DNA of 64,000 nucleotides from Bacteroidota bacterium (GTDB taxonomy: Bacteria > Bacteroidota > Ignavibacteria > UBA10030 > UBA8401), in the NCBI GenBank assembly GCA_021796215.1, contig JAJYOK010000011.1, positions 4,747-68,746 on the forward strand, written 5' to 3'. The position numbers were made by a program, and so were the translations under genes. Below are positions 37,165 to 48,790 of the stretch, piece by piece. Position 1 is the first letter of the stretch; every line of letters begins with the position of its first letter. Below the pieces are notes generated by a model. It was not told where the DNA came from and did not search any database. It saw nothing but the letters and a program-made list of their open reading frames with translations.

Positions 37165-38337
37165 TCATTGATGAGAGAAAGTCATTCCTAAGTCGCGCGC
37201 ATTGATAATGCTCGGTGCAGCTTTCGGCGGGTGTTCACCGAGAAATTTCATAATTCCACTCCCGTTCCATGCAGGATAACCGTTCAACACAGCAGCAAGA
37301 TTTCGCGCCGCCAAAACCGCCATGTTCTCACGGGTCCACAGGGTTGCCGAACCAAGATGCGGGGCGAGAACAATATTGGGAAGTTCGCGTAACCCTTTTT
37401 CCATTGCAGGTTCGTTTTCATACACATCGAGACCGACACGGAAATTTGGATGGCGCGTGCAATGGTTAACAAGTGCGGCTTCATCAATAACCGGTCCGCG
37501 GCTGAGATTGACGAGGATTGCATTCTCTTTCATCAGCGATAAGCGTTTTCGATTGATGAGATGATGAGTTTTTTCGTTCAAGGCAGGAAACAACGCAACA
37601 ACATCCGCGGCCGAAAGCAATTCTTCGATGGTTGATGCCATGGTACATCGCACCGCTGTTTGTCCCTGCGAAGAAAGAAATTTTCCGTACGATACAAAAT
37701 ATTTTTCCAACGCCACATTAGGCTTTGTGTTGAAATAAATCAAATTCATTTTGTGGCCTTCGACCATCATTTGCGCGTAAGCAGAGCCAATTCTGCCTGC
37801 TCCGACAACGCCGAGCGTTTTGCCCGCCAAGAGTTCGCCGAGAAAAAGTGAAGGCTGCCATCCCGTAAATTTTCCCGCTCTTACAAAAGTGTCTGCTTCC
37901 GCAATTCGCCGCGCTGCGGCAAAAGTAAGCGCAACACCCATTTCCGCTGTTGTTTCCGTTAACACTTCCGGAGTGTTCCCGATAGCGATTCGCAAAGATG
38001 TTGCAGCGGCAACATCAACATTATTGAAGCCGACTGCATAATTGCAGTACACTTTTCCACCGGCAGCATTTAGCGCTGAAAGAAGATCGTTATTCCACAC
38101 TTCATTAAGCTGCCCGATAACACCATCGCAATGTGTCCCAATGGCTGAACGAAGTTCATTCGCAGCGAGTGCATCCAATGAAGTACATACTTCGACTTGA
38201 CACGCGGCTTGCGAAAGGATTTTTTTCCACGCATTCCCGGGCAGCTCTTTCGTTACAACAACCCGTTTACTGCCGGAAGGATTGTCAGCCAGAGGCTGAT
38301 TTGCCTTTGGTGGAAATGTCGTCCACTTTTTTTTCAT
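37165..38337 (-). CDS. D-isomer-specific 2-hydroxyacid dehydrogenase (glycerate dehydrogenase / hydroxypyruvate reductase-like)
   Basis: GVVGAGRIG NAD-binding motif. LSRGPVIDE, APHLGSAT catalytic region. Confidence 0.85.
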   Translation of the reverse strand: MKKKWTTFPPKANQPLADNPSGSKRVVVTKELPGNAWKKILSQAACQVEVCTSLDALAANELRSAIGTHCDGVIGQLNEVWNNDLLSALNAAGGKVYCNYAVGFNNVDVAAATSLRIAIGNTPEVLTETTAEMGVALTFAAARRIAEADTFVRAGKFTGWQPSLFLGELLAGKTLGVVGAGRIGSAYAQMMVEGHKMNLIYFNTKPNVALEKYFVSYGKFLSSQGQTAVRCTMASTIEELLSAADVVALFPALNEKTHHLINRKRLSLMKENAILVNLSRGPVIDEAALVNHCTRHPNFRVGLDVYENEPAMEKGLRELPNIVLAPHLGSATLWTRENMAVLAARNLAAVLNGYPAWNGSGIMKFLGEHPPKAAPSIINARDLGMTFSHQ

Positions 38338-38361
38338 GTGATAGCTAAAAGGAATTTCTCG

Positions 38362-39078
38362 TCAAAAGAAAATTCCGATGAAAGGGCCTTGAAATTGGCG
38401 GCGATAATTGTATGCCGCATTTGAAAGCGACCACGACTGAGTTTCGAAATGGTAGCCGACAATGATTCCGTTTCCGATAACCTCGGGCAGCATAAGCGAC
38501 GCTTCAGCAATCACAGACGTGCTCGTTCCTGTTTCAGCGCTGAATCCTTGCGACGAAACAAGGATGCAGCCGACGCCAAAGATTTGCAAGCCAAAACTAT
38601 CTCCGATGTAGCGATACTTGATTCCTGCACCAATGCCGAGACTGCCGATATTAAAATCTTTTGTGAAATGTGAAGAGCCGCTCGCTTTGACATAATTCGT
38701 ACTTATCACAATCGGCAGGAACAACCGCTGTCCCGAAAAGTCGGGACGGCTCTGCGAGAGAGGAATATCGTAAGCGGATTCTGCAGAAAGAGAAAGTGCC
38801 GTTTGCGATGTGCCGTTGATCGTGTACGGTGTGTAACTGAAAGCAATATGAGTAGTGAGATCGCGGTATTCAATAATTCCCGCTGTGGAAGAGAAATGAA
38901 TACGCAGTGAATCGGGAAGCGAATTGCCTGCCGCGGCCTCAAAGCGATGCGCAGCAGCGCCGATGCCAATGGAACGAAAATCCGACAATCTCGTGTTCTC
39001 CTCTCCGAACTCTTGTGAATAGGCAGAAGAAAACTGCACACATAATAGAACACAAAACATCAGCCATGTTCGACGCAT
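38362..39078 (-). CDS. outer-membrane beta-barrel protein, hypothetical
   Basis: Start at MRRTWLMFCVLLCVQFSSAYSQE. Alternating strand pattern. Terminal ...GIFF. Confidence 0.45.
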   Translation of the reverse strand: MRRTWLMFCVLLCVQFSSAYSQEFGEENTRLSDFRSIGIGAAAHRFEAAAGNSLPDSLRIHFSSTAGIIEYRDLTTHIAFSYTPYTINGTSQTALSLSAESAYDIPLSQSRPDFSGQRLFLPIVISTNYVKASGSSHFTKDFNIGSLGIGAGIKYRYIGDSFGLQIFGVGCILVSSQGFSAETGTSTSVIAEASLMLPEVIGNGIIVGYHFETQSWSLSNAAYNYRRQFQGPFIGIFF

Positions 39079-39277
39079 AATTACCCTCTCAACAATTGCT
39101 GTCTCAAATATCGTGGTATTTCGAGATGAATTCAATTATATTTTATAAAAACAATTCCCGTTGCGAGTCTTACATTGGAACGATTTTCGTGCGGAGAAAT
39201 TCCCTTTAAGATCAAAGACAAGAAACACTACACGGGATTAGTTCAACATTAGACGGCAGGATTGTCAGAAGGTAACA

Positions 39278-39700
39278 ATGCAGAAAAGAAACATTTTTTA
39301 TTTCATCATATTAGGATTGCTCTTGGCAATGGCAGCCGGAGTTTTTTCTTCCTGTAAGAACAGCTCAAACCCGATTCACAATCTCGACGACATTGTTTTT
39401 CCCGACACAGGCATCAGCTACGAACGGCAGGTGCAACCGTTGTTCAATATCGGATGTGCAATCAACGGCTGTCACGATGCAGCAACGAAGGCAAACAATC
39501 TCGATCTTTCAGATTATTACGGGACATTGTACAGCAAGTATGGAGTCGTTATTCCCAAGGATACAACAAACAGCAGATTGATTTGGAGCATTGAAGGAAA
39601 AAACAACGCCACTCCGATGCCGCCGTATAGAGCGTTGAATCTCAATCAAGTGAACGGACTTAAACGCTGGATTTTAGAAGGGGCAAAAGACACACAATGA
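39278..39700 (+). CDS. lipoprotein, hypothetical (Cys-X4-Cys-His motif)
   Basis: Lipobox LAMAAGVFSSC. GCAINGCHD motif resembling heme/metal-binding sites of Planctomycete-type cytochrome-like domains, but not canonical CXXCH. Confidence 0.4.
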   Translation: MQKRNIFYFIILGLLLAMAAGVFSSCKNSSNPIHNLDDIVFPDTGISYERQVQPLFNIGCAINGCHDAATKANNLDLSDYYGTLYSKYGVVIPKDTTNSRLIWSIEGKNNATPMPPYRALNLNQVNGLKRWILEGAKDTQ

Positions 39701-39713
39701 AAAAGCGGCGCAT

Positions 39714-41900
39714 CTACAATGACGAGCGTTCTAACAATTCTTCAAACACTTTTATGTCGTTCGTCGGAAGATTGCAGGCGTAATTTTCGCAGATATACGC
39801 TGTTGCTTTTCCATCAATCTGCTTCATCTCTTTCGTAAAGGGAAGCTTTTCAAAAATCAAACTTCCATCTTCTTCCTTATCTACCACAAGAAGAATTTTT
39901 CCCGACAGAAAGTGTCGGTGAAGCACATGAAGGAACGCTTTCGTATCGGCGGCATTTTTTCTTCCTGCAATAACAATGTGCTGTGGCGCAGCGAGGAACA
40001 AAGCGATGGCGGCGATCATCTGCGGCATCACTTGCGGCGCTTGCTCTAAAGATGAGGCAAAATATTTCAAGGTTTTTTCAACCTTGGCGCGAAGGACATC
40101 ATCATCACTCAATCGTGACAATCGAATCATGTTCATTGCGGCAACGGAATTTCCTGACGGCTCCGCTCCGTCGTATTCTTCTTTCTGACGAAGAAGAATA
40201 GTTTTGTCTTTTCCCGATGTATCGAAGAAGCCGCCCTCAGCCGAATCCCAAAAGAGGGCAATTTGTGTCCCCTGCAAATCAAACGCGAATGTCAGCCAGC
40301 GCACATCGAACGTCGCTTCATACAAATCGAGAGCGGCTTGGATCATGAACGCATAATCATCAAGATGTGCTTCGAATTGTGCATCGCCGTCACGGTAGCG
40401 GTGCAAAAACATTTTTGTTTTCGGATCATACATCGTGGAAAAAATAAACTCCGCTGCGCGCACAGCAGCTTCGGCATATCGCGGCTCGTCTAAAATCTGC
40501 GATGCCTTCGCCAATGCGCTGATCATCAGTCCGTTCCAGTCTGTCAGAATTTTATCGTCGCAATGCGGACGAGGACGACGCAAACGTGCACCAAGCAAGA
40601 CGCTTTTCCCTTTTGTTACAATCTCACGCACTTCTGCTTCATCAAGTGAAAACTGCGCTGCTACGTCATTCATTGCAAACGGCTGGTATAAAATATTCTT
40701 TCCGGTAAATTCCCCCTGAGCATCTGCCACTAAATGGTGTTCAACAAGTGCATTGCCGGATTGTTCAATACCATAATAACGGCAAAACAACTCGGCGCGC
40801 CGGTCGTTTCCAAGCAGCCGGGCAACTTCTTCTTTCGTCCACAAATAGAAAGCACCTTCGGATTTCTGTGAAGGATTTTCAGGAACAGAACTGTCTGCAT
40901 CTTCTGCAGAAAAAAATCCGCCGCGCAAATCAGTGAGATCGCGAAGAACATATTCAATCGTTTCGCGGGCAACAGCAGCATAGAATTCATCGTGCGTTAT
41001 TTGAAACGCATCGAGATAAGAACAGATAAGCTGCGCCTGATCGTAGAGCATTTTCTCAAAATGAGGAACACGCCACTGACCGTCAACTGCATAGCGATGA
41101 AAACCGCCGCCGATATGATCGTACATTCCGCCGCGCGCCATCGCCTGAAGCGTAGAAAGCGCCATCGTCAGCGCTTCTTTCTCCGATGCTTCCGGCGCCA
41201 TTTTCAACTTTGTCCATGCGAAATAGCGAAACAAAAAATTCAGAACAACGGGGCGCGGAAATTTCGGCCCGGTGCCGAAACCGCCGAAACGTTCGTCATA
41301 ACTTGCAGCAAACTGATGATAGGTTTTCTTGAGCAGTGCATCGCTCAGCTCGCCGCTACGTCTCGCATCGCCGCGTTGAAAATCTCTTTGGGGCTGCTGC
41401 TGAAGATACGCAATCAATTGATCGCCTGACTCAATAACTTTTTCTTTCTCTTGGCGATACACTTCGTTGATACGTTTGAGCACGGTCGAAAATCCGGGTC
41501 TGCCGTACGCATCGCCGGGAGGAAAATACGTTCCGCCGTAAAACGGCTTCAAATCCGGCGTAAGAAAAAGTGAAAGAGGCCAGCCTCCGCTTCCCGTCAT
41601 TGTTTGCACTGCCGCCATGTATACTTTATCCACGTCGGGACGTTCCTCGCGATCCACTTTGATGCAGACAAAGTGTTCGTTCATCAGTGCGGCTGTTTCC
41701 TCGTTTTCAAACGATTCGTGTTCCATCACATGGCACCAATGACATGTCGAATAACCGATGGAAAGAAAGATCGGTTTGTCCTCGCTGCGCGCTTTTGCGA
41801 ACGCTTCTTCGCCCCACGGATACCATTCAACAGGATTATACGCGTGCTGAAGCAAGTACGGACTTTTTTCGTTTATAAGGCGGTTCGGAGTTTTCGGCAT
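39714..41900 (-). CDS. thioredoxin-domain protein, DUF255/YyaL (spermatogenesis-associated protein 20-like) with six-hairpin glycosidase-like domain
   Basis: 728 aa. [22 protein letters not shown]...[12 protein letters not shown] thioredoxin-like N-domain. Confidence 0.88.
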   Translation of the reverse strand: MPKTPNRLINEKSPYLLQHAYNPVEWYPWGEEAFAKARSEDKPIFLSIGYSTCHWCHVMEHESFENEETAALMNEHFVCIKVDREERPDVDKVYMAAVQTMTGSGGWPLSLFLTPDLKPFYGGTYFPPGDAYGRPGFSTVLKRINEVYRQEKEKVIESGDQLIAYLQQQPQRDFQRGDARRSGELSDALLKKTYHQFAASYDERFGGFGTGPKFPRPVVLNFLFRYFAWTKLKMAPEASEKEALTMALSTLQAMARGGMYDHIGGGFHRYAVDGQWRVPHFEKMLYDQAQLICSYLDAFQITHDEFYAAVARETIEYVLRDLTDLRGGFFSAEDADSSVPENPSQKSEGAFYLWTKEEVARLLGNDRRAELFCRYYGIEQSGNALVEHHLVADAQGEFTGKNILYQPFAMNDVAAQFSLDEAEVREIVTKGKSVLLGARLRRPRPHCDDKILTDWNGLMISALAKASQILDEPRYAEAAVRAAEFIFSTMYDPKTKMFLHRYRDGDAQFEAHLDDYAFMIQAALDLYEATFDVRWLTFAFDLQGTQIALFWDSAEGGFFDTSGKDKTILLRQKEEYDGAEPSGNSVAAMNMIRLSRLSDDDVLRAKVEKTLKYFASSLEQAPQVMPQMIAAIALFLAAPQHIVIAGRKNAADTKAFLHVLHRHFLSGKILLVVDKEEDGSLIFEKLPFTKEMKQIDGKATAYICENYACNLPTNDIKVFEELLERSSL

Positions 41901-42002
41901 AGTTTTTTTACCGGGAAGTCAAAAGCCACGAAAGAAATGGATGACCGGATAAATGTTCTCTTGAAACGTCAGACGGCAAAAAACACCGTCAGACGTTTTC
42001 GT

Positions 42003-44693
42003 TTAATAGTATCCGCTGGCTTGGCTTTGCTTCGTAATTTTCAGATCCTGCAATTGCGGCGCCTTCACTTTGAGTTCAAGCCGATAGCCAGCCAATTGAC
42101 CGAGCGGCGACCAGCTAAAATTCATTTCCCAGCAATGCAGATCACGATAAATAACAATTCTCGGCGCAGCAAATTGCTTTTGAATAAGATCGTAACTTCC
42201 GCTTGCAGAGAATTTCCAATTCTCCGTTAAATTAAATCCTAAATTTGCGCTGAGATTCGCCGAGCGGAATTTCTGCGCAGGATTATCCTGACTCTGCGTA
42301 AAATTGAAATTGAGCGAAAGGTTCCACGGGATGCTGAAATCCGGCGGCGCTTCTTCATACATTTCCTGGTATCCGTTCTTGCGGTTCTCCTTGTACTGTT
42401 CAATTTCGGCGCGCGATACGCTGTCTTCTTCCGGCGTCGTCTCCTCGCGCTTGACTTTTCCCCCGCTCAACGAAGTAGACAAACTTAAACTGAAGCTTGT
42501 CAATTGAACAAACCCTTTGTTCGCTTCATACAAAAATTGACCGACACGGTGTCCCACTGATGGATCGAATCTGTAAAAGCTGTATGCGCTGCTACCATTG
42601 ATACTTAATAACGAGCCGATATTCGTTCGATAACTGAGGAAAAGATTCGAAAGCCGCATGCTGTCTGCCGCAAAATTATAGCCGACAGAAGCATTGAGAT
42701 TCAACAGTTGATATTTATTCTCTTTGTGAGAAGAATCGCTCGATTCGGTTTTCATTTCAAACAGATTTCCGACATTGAAATTCAATGCCTGCTGCTCCCC
42801 GGCAGGCGCTCCGCCATACACTTCATTTTGAAAGCGGTCATACTTCACCACCTTTCCCGATGTATCAATGTACGTTCCATAATAGCCGAATGAACGTTTA
42901 GAAAAATCCGGACGGTAATTGTAGCTCAAACTTGGCGTCACGGTGTGACGAATGCCGACTAACCCGGGAATCGGCGGCTGGAAAATACCGTACAGTTTCG
43001 TGCTTGCAGAAAGTCCGGTGGAAAAATAACGCACCGCTTCAAATCCATTCACATCTTTTTTGATCGGCACATTGTTCGAGTCAACACCGACAATTCGCGT
43101 GCTCTTATCGTACCAGTTTTCGTTGTAGGAAAACAGCGGAGAGATCGTAAAATATCCCGCCTTTGGCGACGCATTGATATTGAACGAATGGCTCACACCG
43201 CTGCGATCGTAACGAACAAAATTGTTCGTCACTGTGTTCAGCGTTTTATTATTTCTGTTGATGAGCTGTCCGCTGTAGCCGACGCCAATCAATTCGTACC
43301 ATGCATAACTATTGTCTGACGAGCCGGACAAACCGCGCGAACGTTTTTCCGAACGGAACGGATAACTTTGTGAATGTGAAAAGCTAATCGTGGGCAGTGT
43401 TGCTTCGATGTTTCCGTTGAGCAAGTTCTGATGCCGCGAAACATTAATGCTCATGCTGTTGTTCGTGCCTTCCCACGATTTGTTCAGCGTTGCGTTGGAA
43501 TAAATGTCCTGCTGCAAATAATCCTGATAATTGTTACTTGTTTTATATGAATTGTTGCTCGTGAAAGTAAAATCAACATTCATATTCGTGGTCGGGTTGA
43601 ATTTTTGGAAATGCCAGAGATGTGTCCGATAGTTCGCTTCGTCCTGACGATCAGCATCGCGCGGTTCGCCGATCAACACGCGGGAATATTCGCCCGAAAC
43701 TCCCCCGTTGAAATCATACCGCTTCGCATAACGGAACTGCGAGTACCCTTTCCAGCCGCCTTCGGTGTACCAATCGCCGGCAAGACTCAAGTCCGTGTAA
43801 TCATTGATTGCGGAATAATATCCGAGGTGACTGAAAAATTTTCCACGGCGTGCATCTTCACCGTACGCCGGAGCAATGATCCCCGAGCGGCGTCCGCCTT
43901 GACTCGGAAAAACGCCGAACGGAAGAACAAAGACAGGCACATCCGCAACGTACAGATAAATCGGCTCTGCAACTATTTTATCACGAATTGTTACACGCAT
44001 TTTCGGGCTGTAAAAATAATAATCGGGATCGGCGCGGTCGCACGTGGTGTAACGCCCGTTGGCAACAAACAGCATATTTTTATCAATTTTCTTGATGTAC
44101 TGTCCGTGATAATATCCTTGTTCCATCTCCGTGTTACCGAGCGTAATACGCCCCTTCTGCGTTTTGAAATTGTAACCAACTTTCCATCCGTAATATGTTT
44201 CGCCGCCATCAACCATAGCCGGAGAACCGCGATACGACTTCACCACGCTGTCGGCATTAGCGGCTTTCGTTGTATCGAGCACACCAAACGATTCGAGCGT
44301 GTTGTCGTTCCAATTCACATCAATGCGTTCCGATGTAAGTCCCATGGTGCGGTACTTTACAGAACCATCGCCGTACATTTTCATTACTCGTTCTTTATAG
44401 GAATAGACAATGGAATCGTTCGCAGAATAATTCACAACCGTATCAATTCCCGAACGCTTTTTCGCAGTTGTGTCGGTACTGGTAAGTGAATCACTGCGAG
44501 AGACTGTAAGAGAATCTTTGGAAATTGTTGAAAGCGAATCCTGAACTTGCCCATAACAATGCGTGGAAACCTGAAGGAGTGAAAAGAACAGCAGTACAGC
44601 AATTACCCTCAATTGCTGTGATGGTGCAGTACCGCTGCGCTCAGATGTAATCTGATCAGCCTCAGGCTGAAATGTTCGTCTCAGAAATTTCAC
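42003..44693 (-). CDS. lptD: LPS-assembly protein LptD (OstA-like) outer membrane protein
   Basis: 896 aa. Signal peptide. N-terminal OstA-like beta-jellyroll region. Large C-terminal beta-barrel ending ...ASGYY. Size matches Bacteroidota LptD. Confidence 0.65.
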   Translation of the reverse strand: MKFLRRTFQPEADQITSERSGTAPSQQLRVIAVLLFFSLLQVSTHCYGQVQDSLSTISKDSLTVSRSDSLTSTDTTAKKRSGIDTVVNYSANDSIVYSYKERVMKMYGDGSVKYRTMGLTSERIDVNWNDNTLESFGVLDTTKAANADSVVKSYRGSPAMVDGGETYYGWKVGYNFKTQKGRITLGNTEMEQGYYHGQYIKKIDKNMLFVANGRYTTCDRADPDYYFYSPKMRVTIRDKIVAEPIYLYVADVPVFVLPFGVFPSQGGRRSGIIAPAYGEDARRGKFFSHLGYYSAINDYTDLSLAGDWYTEGGWKGYSQFRYAKRYDFNGGVSGEYSRVLIGEPRDADRQDEANYRTHLWHFQKFNPTTNMNVDFTFTSNNSYKTSNNYQDYLQQDIYSNATLNKSWEGTNNSMSINVSRHQNLLNGNIEATLPTISFSHSQSYPFRSEKRSRGLSGSSDNSYAWYELIGVGYSGQLINRNNKTLNTVTNNFVRYDRSGVSHSFNINASPKAGYFTISPLFSYNENWYDKSTRIVGVDSNNVPIKKDVNGFEAVRYFSTGLSASTKLYGIFQPPIPGLVGIRHTVTPSLSYNYRPDFSKRSFGYYGTYIDTSGKVVKYDRFQNEVYGGAPAGEQQALNFNVGNLFEMKTESSDSSHKENKYQLLNLNASVGYNFAADSMRLSNLFLSYRTNIGSLLSINGSSAYSFYRFDPSVGHRVGQFLYEANKGFVQLTSFSLSLSTSLSGGKVKREETTPEEDSVSRAEIEQYKENRKNGYQEMYEEAPPDFSIPWNLSLNFNFTQSQDNPAQKFRSANLSANLGFNLTENWKFSASGSYDLIQKQFAAPRIVIYRDLHCWEMNFSWSPLGQLAGYRLELKVKAPQLQDLKITKQSQASGYY

Positions 44694-45643
44694 AATAATA
44701 AACCGGCGGCTCCCAAAATTCCGGCAGAGTTGCCAAGTACAGCAGGAATAACCATGATATCTTTCCGCAGCGGCTTCAACACATGCACCTTCGCCGATTC
44801 CGTGATCGCATCGAAGACATATTTTCCTGCTGCAGAAATCCCGCCGCCAATAATGCTGACACGAAAGTCGAGCGTATTCATCACTGCGCCGACTGCAACG
44901 CCGAGAAATGTTCCGGCTTCAACAAGAATGCCGCGTGCAATTTTGTCGCCCGCATCAGCGGCTAACGAAATATGAAGCGGCTCAATCTTTGAAAGATCGC
45001 CTCCGACAAGCTGAAGTATTTTTGATCGGGGATGATTTTTCAGAATTTTTGCCGTCCGGCGTGAAAGATGTTTTTGTCCGATGTACGCTTCAACGCATCC
45101 TTTCGCGCCGCAATTACATTTTGCTCCGTTATAATTGATGGAGATGTGCCCGATTTCGCCGGCACCGCCGAAAGGACCGCGATATATTTTCCCATCGGAA
45201 ATAATTCCGCCGCCGACGCCGGTTCCCCAAATCACAAAAAGGAAATCCGGATATTTCTTCCCCGCACCGAATTTCGCTTCTGCAATTGCAGCAGCATTGG
45301 CATCATTTTCAACTTCAACATTCATCCGAAAAACTTTATGAAGCTCATCGCCAAGCGGAATTTCATTCCAGCCGGAAAGATTCGGCGGGTTTTTTACAAT
45401 GCCGCCTTTTTTCACAACAACGCCCGGCGCACCGACTCCAATGCCCTCGATAGATTTCCCATCAACACATTGCAAGACTTCGTGAATCGCCTTTTTGATT
45501 TGGCCGATCACCACTTTGGGACCTTCGTTTCCCAACGATGGAAGAGTGAACTGCTCATGGATTTTCCCGTCGGAGCTGACAAGTCCTGATTTCACAGTCG
45601 TTCCGCCAAGATCCACTCCAATACTATATTTTAACGACGGCAT
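44690..45643 (-). CDS. ROK family sugar kinase (glucokinase-like)
   Basis: IGVDLGGT. ROK zinc motif GHISINYNGAKCNCGAKGCVE. ATGA overlap with lptD. Confidence 0.85.
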   Translation of the reverse strand: MPSLKYSIGVDLGGTTVKSGLVSSDGKIHEQFTLPSLGNEGPKVVIGQIKKAIHEVLQCVDGKSIEGIGVGAPGVVVKKGGIVKNPPNLSGWNEIPLGDELHKVFRMNVEVENDANAAAIAEAKFGAGKKYPDFLFVIWGTGVGGGIISDGKIYRGPFGGAGEIGHISINYNGAKCNCGAKGCVEAYIGQKHLSRRTAKILKNHPRSKILQLVGGDLSKIEPLHISLAADAGDKIARGILVEAGTFLGVAVGAVMNTLDFRVSIIGGGISAAGKYVFDAITESAKVHVLKPLRKDIMVIPAVLGNSAGILGAAGLLL

Positions 45644-45675
45644 GAACTTTTTTCATTTTTTAGCACGGCGGCGTC

Positions 45676-47004
45676 TCATCCTTTTTTCCGCTTTTTTCGC
45701 CAAAGCATTTCAAGCCGCTCTTTGATGGTTTTTTCTCTTCCGTTTTCCGTTGGTTTGTAATAGATCGCGTCTTTCAGATTATCAGGCAGATATTGCTGCT
45801 CAACAAAATTATTTTGGAAGTCGTGGCTGTACTTGTATTCTTTGCCATAGTCCAATTCCTTCATCAATTTCGTTGGCGCATTGCGAAGAGGAAGCGGAAC
45901 CGGAAGATTCGGCAAGCGATGAACGTCATTCATCGCTGCGCCGATTGCCATCACGGCGGCATTGCTTTTCGGCGCTGAAGCGAGATACGTAACACAATGC
46001 GAAAGAATAATTTGTGCTTCCGGCATGCCGACATAATCCACCGCAGTAAAACTATTAGTCGCGAGCACGCTTGCAAACGGATCGGCGTTGCCGATGTCTT
46101 CCGAAGCAAGAATAATCAACCGGCGTGCAATGAACTTCGGGTCTTCGCCGCCGTCAAGCATGCGGGCAAGCCAGTACACCCCTGCGTCAGGGTCGCTGCC
46201 GCGGATGCTTTTAATGAATGCAGAAATTGTATCGTAATGTTGTTCACCGGTTTTATCATAAATTGTGTACTTCCGTTGAAAAGCATTCTCCAAATCTTTC
46301 TTTGTAATCTTACGGATGCCCTTCGCATCCGGTTTCACGAGATAGAATGCCGCTTCGAGTCCATTCAGCATTCTTCGCGCATCGCCGCCGGAAAGAAAAA
46401 CGAGAAAATCCATATCGAGAATTTCCACAGATTTTTTTGCTATCGCGCTGTCAACATCAAGCGCATGCTCAAGAATTCTGACAAGATCATTTTGCGTCAG
46501 CGGTTCGAGCACATAGACTCGTGAGCGGGAGAGCAGCGGCGCAATAACTTCAAATGATGGATTCTCAGTTGTCGCGCCAATAAGTGTCAGAATTCCGCTT
46601 TCAACGCTGTGCAAAAGTGCATCTTGCTGCGCTTTGTTGAAACGATGAATCTCATCAATAAAAAGAATTGTCTTGTGTCCCTGTGCTTTTTGAGCAACTT
46701 CAGCTCTTGCGATAATTTCCCGCACTTCTTTAACACCGGCAGAAACCGCATTCAACGAATAAAAATCTGCGTGCGTATGTGCAGCGATGACGTGAGCGAT
46801 CGTTGTTTTTCCCGTTCCCGGCGGTCCCCACAAAATGACCGAGCGAAGTTCATCATTCTCAATCATCAAGCGAAGCGGTTTGCCGGCACCCAGCAAATGT
46901 TCTTGTCCCACAAACTCGTCAAGCGTTTGCGGGCGTACCCGTTCAGCAAGCGGTGCGTGAACATGTTTCTCTGATTTTTTTCTTGGTGATTCGAATAATT
47001 CCAT
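45676..47004 (-). CDS. rarA: replication-associated recombination protein A (AAA+ ATPase)
   Basis: [27 protein letters not shown]-terminal MgsA domain. Confidence 0.92.
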   Translation of the reverse strand: MELFESPRKKSEKHVHAPLAERVRPQTLDEFVGQEHLLGAGKPLRLMIENDELRSVILWGPPGTGKTTIAHVIAAHTHADFYSLNAVSAGVKEVREIIARAEVAQKAQGHKTILFIDEIHRFNKAQQDALLHSVESGILTLIGATTENPSFEVIAPLLSRSRVYVLEPLTQNDLVRILEHALDVDSAIAKKSVEILDMDFLVFLSGGDARRMLNGLEAAFYLVKPDAKGIRKITKKDLENAFQRKYTIYDKTGEQHYDTISAFIKSIRGSDPDAGVYWLARMLDGGEDPKFIARRLIILASEDIGNADPFASVLATNSFTAVDYVGMPEAQIILSHCVTYLASAPKSNAAVMAIGAAMNDVHRLPNLPVPLPLRNAPTKLMKELDYGKEYKYSHDFQNNFVEQQYLPDNLKDAIYYKPTENGREKTIKERLEMLWRKKRKKG

Positions 47005-47031
47005 CGGAAAGATCGCTGTACTGTCAGCGGT

Positions 47032-47409
47032 TTATTTTTTCGGCGCAACGCGGTACACTTTTTCCCCGCTGCGAATCATACCGTATTTTTCGCGCGCCAC
47101 TTTTTCAATCGCCTCTTTGTCGCCGTCAAGAGCTTTGGACTGATCCAGCAATTGCTTTTGTTCCTGTTGAGCGTGTTCAATCTTTTCTTCGAGTTCTTTT
47201 TTCGCATGCTCAAGCCGGATGCGCTGAAGTATTCCGTTATTATTGAAAAAAGCATAGAGAAGAAGAATGAAGCCGACGGCAAACGCGGCGCTGAGTTTCT
47301 TATTCGTCCATACACGCGCCAGCCATTTAGCCGGTTTCAGCTGCTTACGAACTTTTCTGTAGAAATTTCCTCCAGTCATTTGGCATAATGTAGCAAGAAA
47401 TGCGAACAA
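47032..47409 (-). CDS. septum formation initiator (FtsB/DivIC-like)
   Basis: Single TM (LSAAFAVGFILLLYAFF) followed by coiled coil. Start ambiguous (47409 or MTGGNF at 47376). Confidence 0.6.
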   Translation of the reverse strand: MFAFLATLCQMTGGNFYRKVRKQLKPAKWLARVWTNKKLSAAFAVGFILLLYAFFNNNGILQRIRLEHAKKELEEKIEHAQQEQKQLLDQSKALDGDKEAIEKVAREKYGMIRSGEKVYRVAPKK

Positions 47410-47500
47410 TTAAAAGTGAGACCTCGGGGCTGCAATTGATTCTGCTTCACACTTTCCCTACTTTTCAGCTACAAGCTGAACAGCTACACGCTTAAATTTC

Positions 47501-48781
47501 ATGGAAAAATCCTTTTCTGAACTTCTCACGAAAGAGTTGAGCGTTCTTCACCAACGAACGCTCACTGCCGGTGAATGTCAAACAGCGCAGGGTAAATTGT
47601 GTACGCTCTGCGCCGCTCATAAAATCAATTATGAAGAAGAATATGCGGCAAAAAATGCGTCGCTTCGAAAATTTCTGCACAGCATTTCACTCGGTGAAGT
47701 TGCCGAACCGTTGGTCCGCTCCCCATTAGGACGACATTACAGGAGCGTCAGCAAGCGAAAAGCTTTCCGCCCAAAGATAAGGTATGCCGGACAGGCCCGT
47801 CCATCACAGGGAGTTCAATTCGGACTCATTGGCTTTGATGATGAACAGGAAACGCCATCCGCACTTTCGGTAGAAGAATGTGTTATTGAACACGGATCTC
47901 ATCGCGTAATTTACCAGACGTCGCAGGAATTTCTTTCAAAGCCGCAAAATGCGGTTTTTGCAGAACGTTTCAACTACATTGTCGTGAAGGGAAATTACGA
48001 AGAACAAACAGTAATCTTCAATCTCGACAGCTTCGATTCTGTAGCCCGCAAATATGCAAACGCGCTTTCCAGAATTCTCACACGCCGCGTTCCAAGCGTT
48101 ACGGGCGTTTTTGTTTTTATAGATGAAGAACGCTCGCGTTATTATCTTTCACAGCGCTCTTTGCAGAAAAGAAGGGAACAAAAGATCCTGTTGCAAAAAA
48201 TTTTCGGCGCATCGGAGATTTTTCAAAAAGTCAACGAAAAAAAATTCCTCTATCACCCGCTCTCGTTTTCTCAAACCAATCCGTCCATTCTCTCATCGTT
48301 TGTTGAAACGATCTCTTCGCTTTTGCTCCCTTCTCAACAATACCATCTGCTTGATCTGTACTGCGGCTACGGACTTTTCTCACTCTGCCTTGCCGATAAA
48401 GTGAAAAGCGCCACCGGTATTGAAGTCTCCGGCGAAGCCGTGCGCAATGCCATTAACAACTCTCGGCGGCAAAAAACATTGAGATGCCGTTTCATTGCCA
48501 GTGATATCTCTGCCGAATCACTTGAACAGATCGTTCACACGAACGGCAGCAATACATTGGTAATTCTTGATCCGCCAAGAAAAGGAACAAAACCGGGCGT
48601 TATAGAATTTCTTGGAGCAAAAAAAATAGAGCGCGCCGTACATATTTTTTGTAACGTTGAAATAATGGAGGGCGAGCTTGAGCGATGGGAAAATTCCGGC
48701 TATCGCGTTACGCGCGTCGTGCCGTTTGATATGTTCCCCGGAACCGGTGATGTGGAAATTGCGGCGGCATTAAGCCGGTGA
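47501..48781 (+). CDS. class I SAM-dependent RNA (uracil-5)-methyltransferase family protein (RlmD/TrmA-like)
   Basis: N-terminal Cys cluster (CQTAQGKLCTLCAAH). LLDLYCGYGLFSL SAM motif. C-terminal VVPFDMFPGTGDVE. Catalytic Cys position not confirmed. Confidence 0.7.
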   Translation: MEKSFSELLTKELSVLHQRTLTAGECQTAQGKLCTLCAAHKINYEEEYAAKNASLRKFLHSISLGEVAEPLVRSPLGRHYRSVSKRKAFRPKIRYAGQARPSQGVQFGLIGFDDEQETPSALSVEECVIEHGSHRVIYQTSQEFLSKPQNAVFAERFNYIVVKGNYEEQTVIFNLDSFDSVARKYANALSRILTRRVPSVTGVFVFIDEERSRYYLSQRSLQKRREQKILLQKIFGASEIFQKVNEKKFLYHPLSFSQTNPSILSSFVETISSLLLPSQQYHLLDLYCGYGLFSLCLADKVKSATGIEVSGEAVRNAINNSRRQKTLRCRFIASDISAESLEQIVHTNGSNTLVILDPPRKGTKPGVIEFLGAKKIERAVHIFCNVEIMEGELERWENSGYRVTRVVPFDMFPGTGDVEIAAALSR

Positions 48782-48790
48782 ATCTGTTCC

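Noticed and set aside
41958-42000. Palindromic ACGTCAGACG direct/inverted repeat pair between the yyaL-like and lptD genes
   Set aside because: Could fold as a 13-bp stem, but no U-tract on the minus strand where both flanking genes lie. Insufficient evidence for a terminator or operator.
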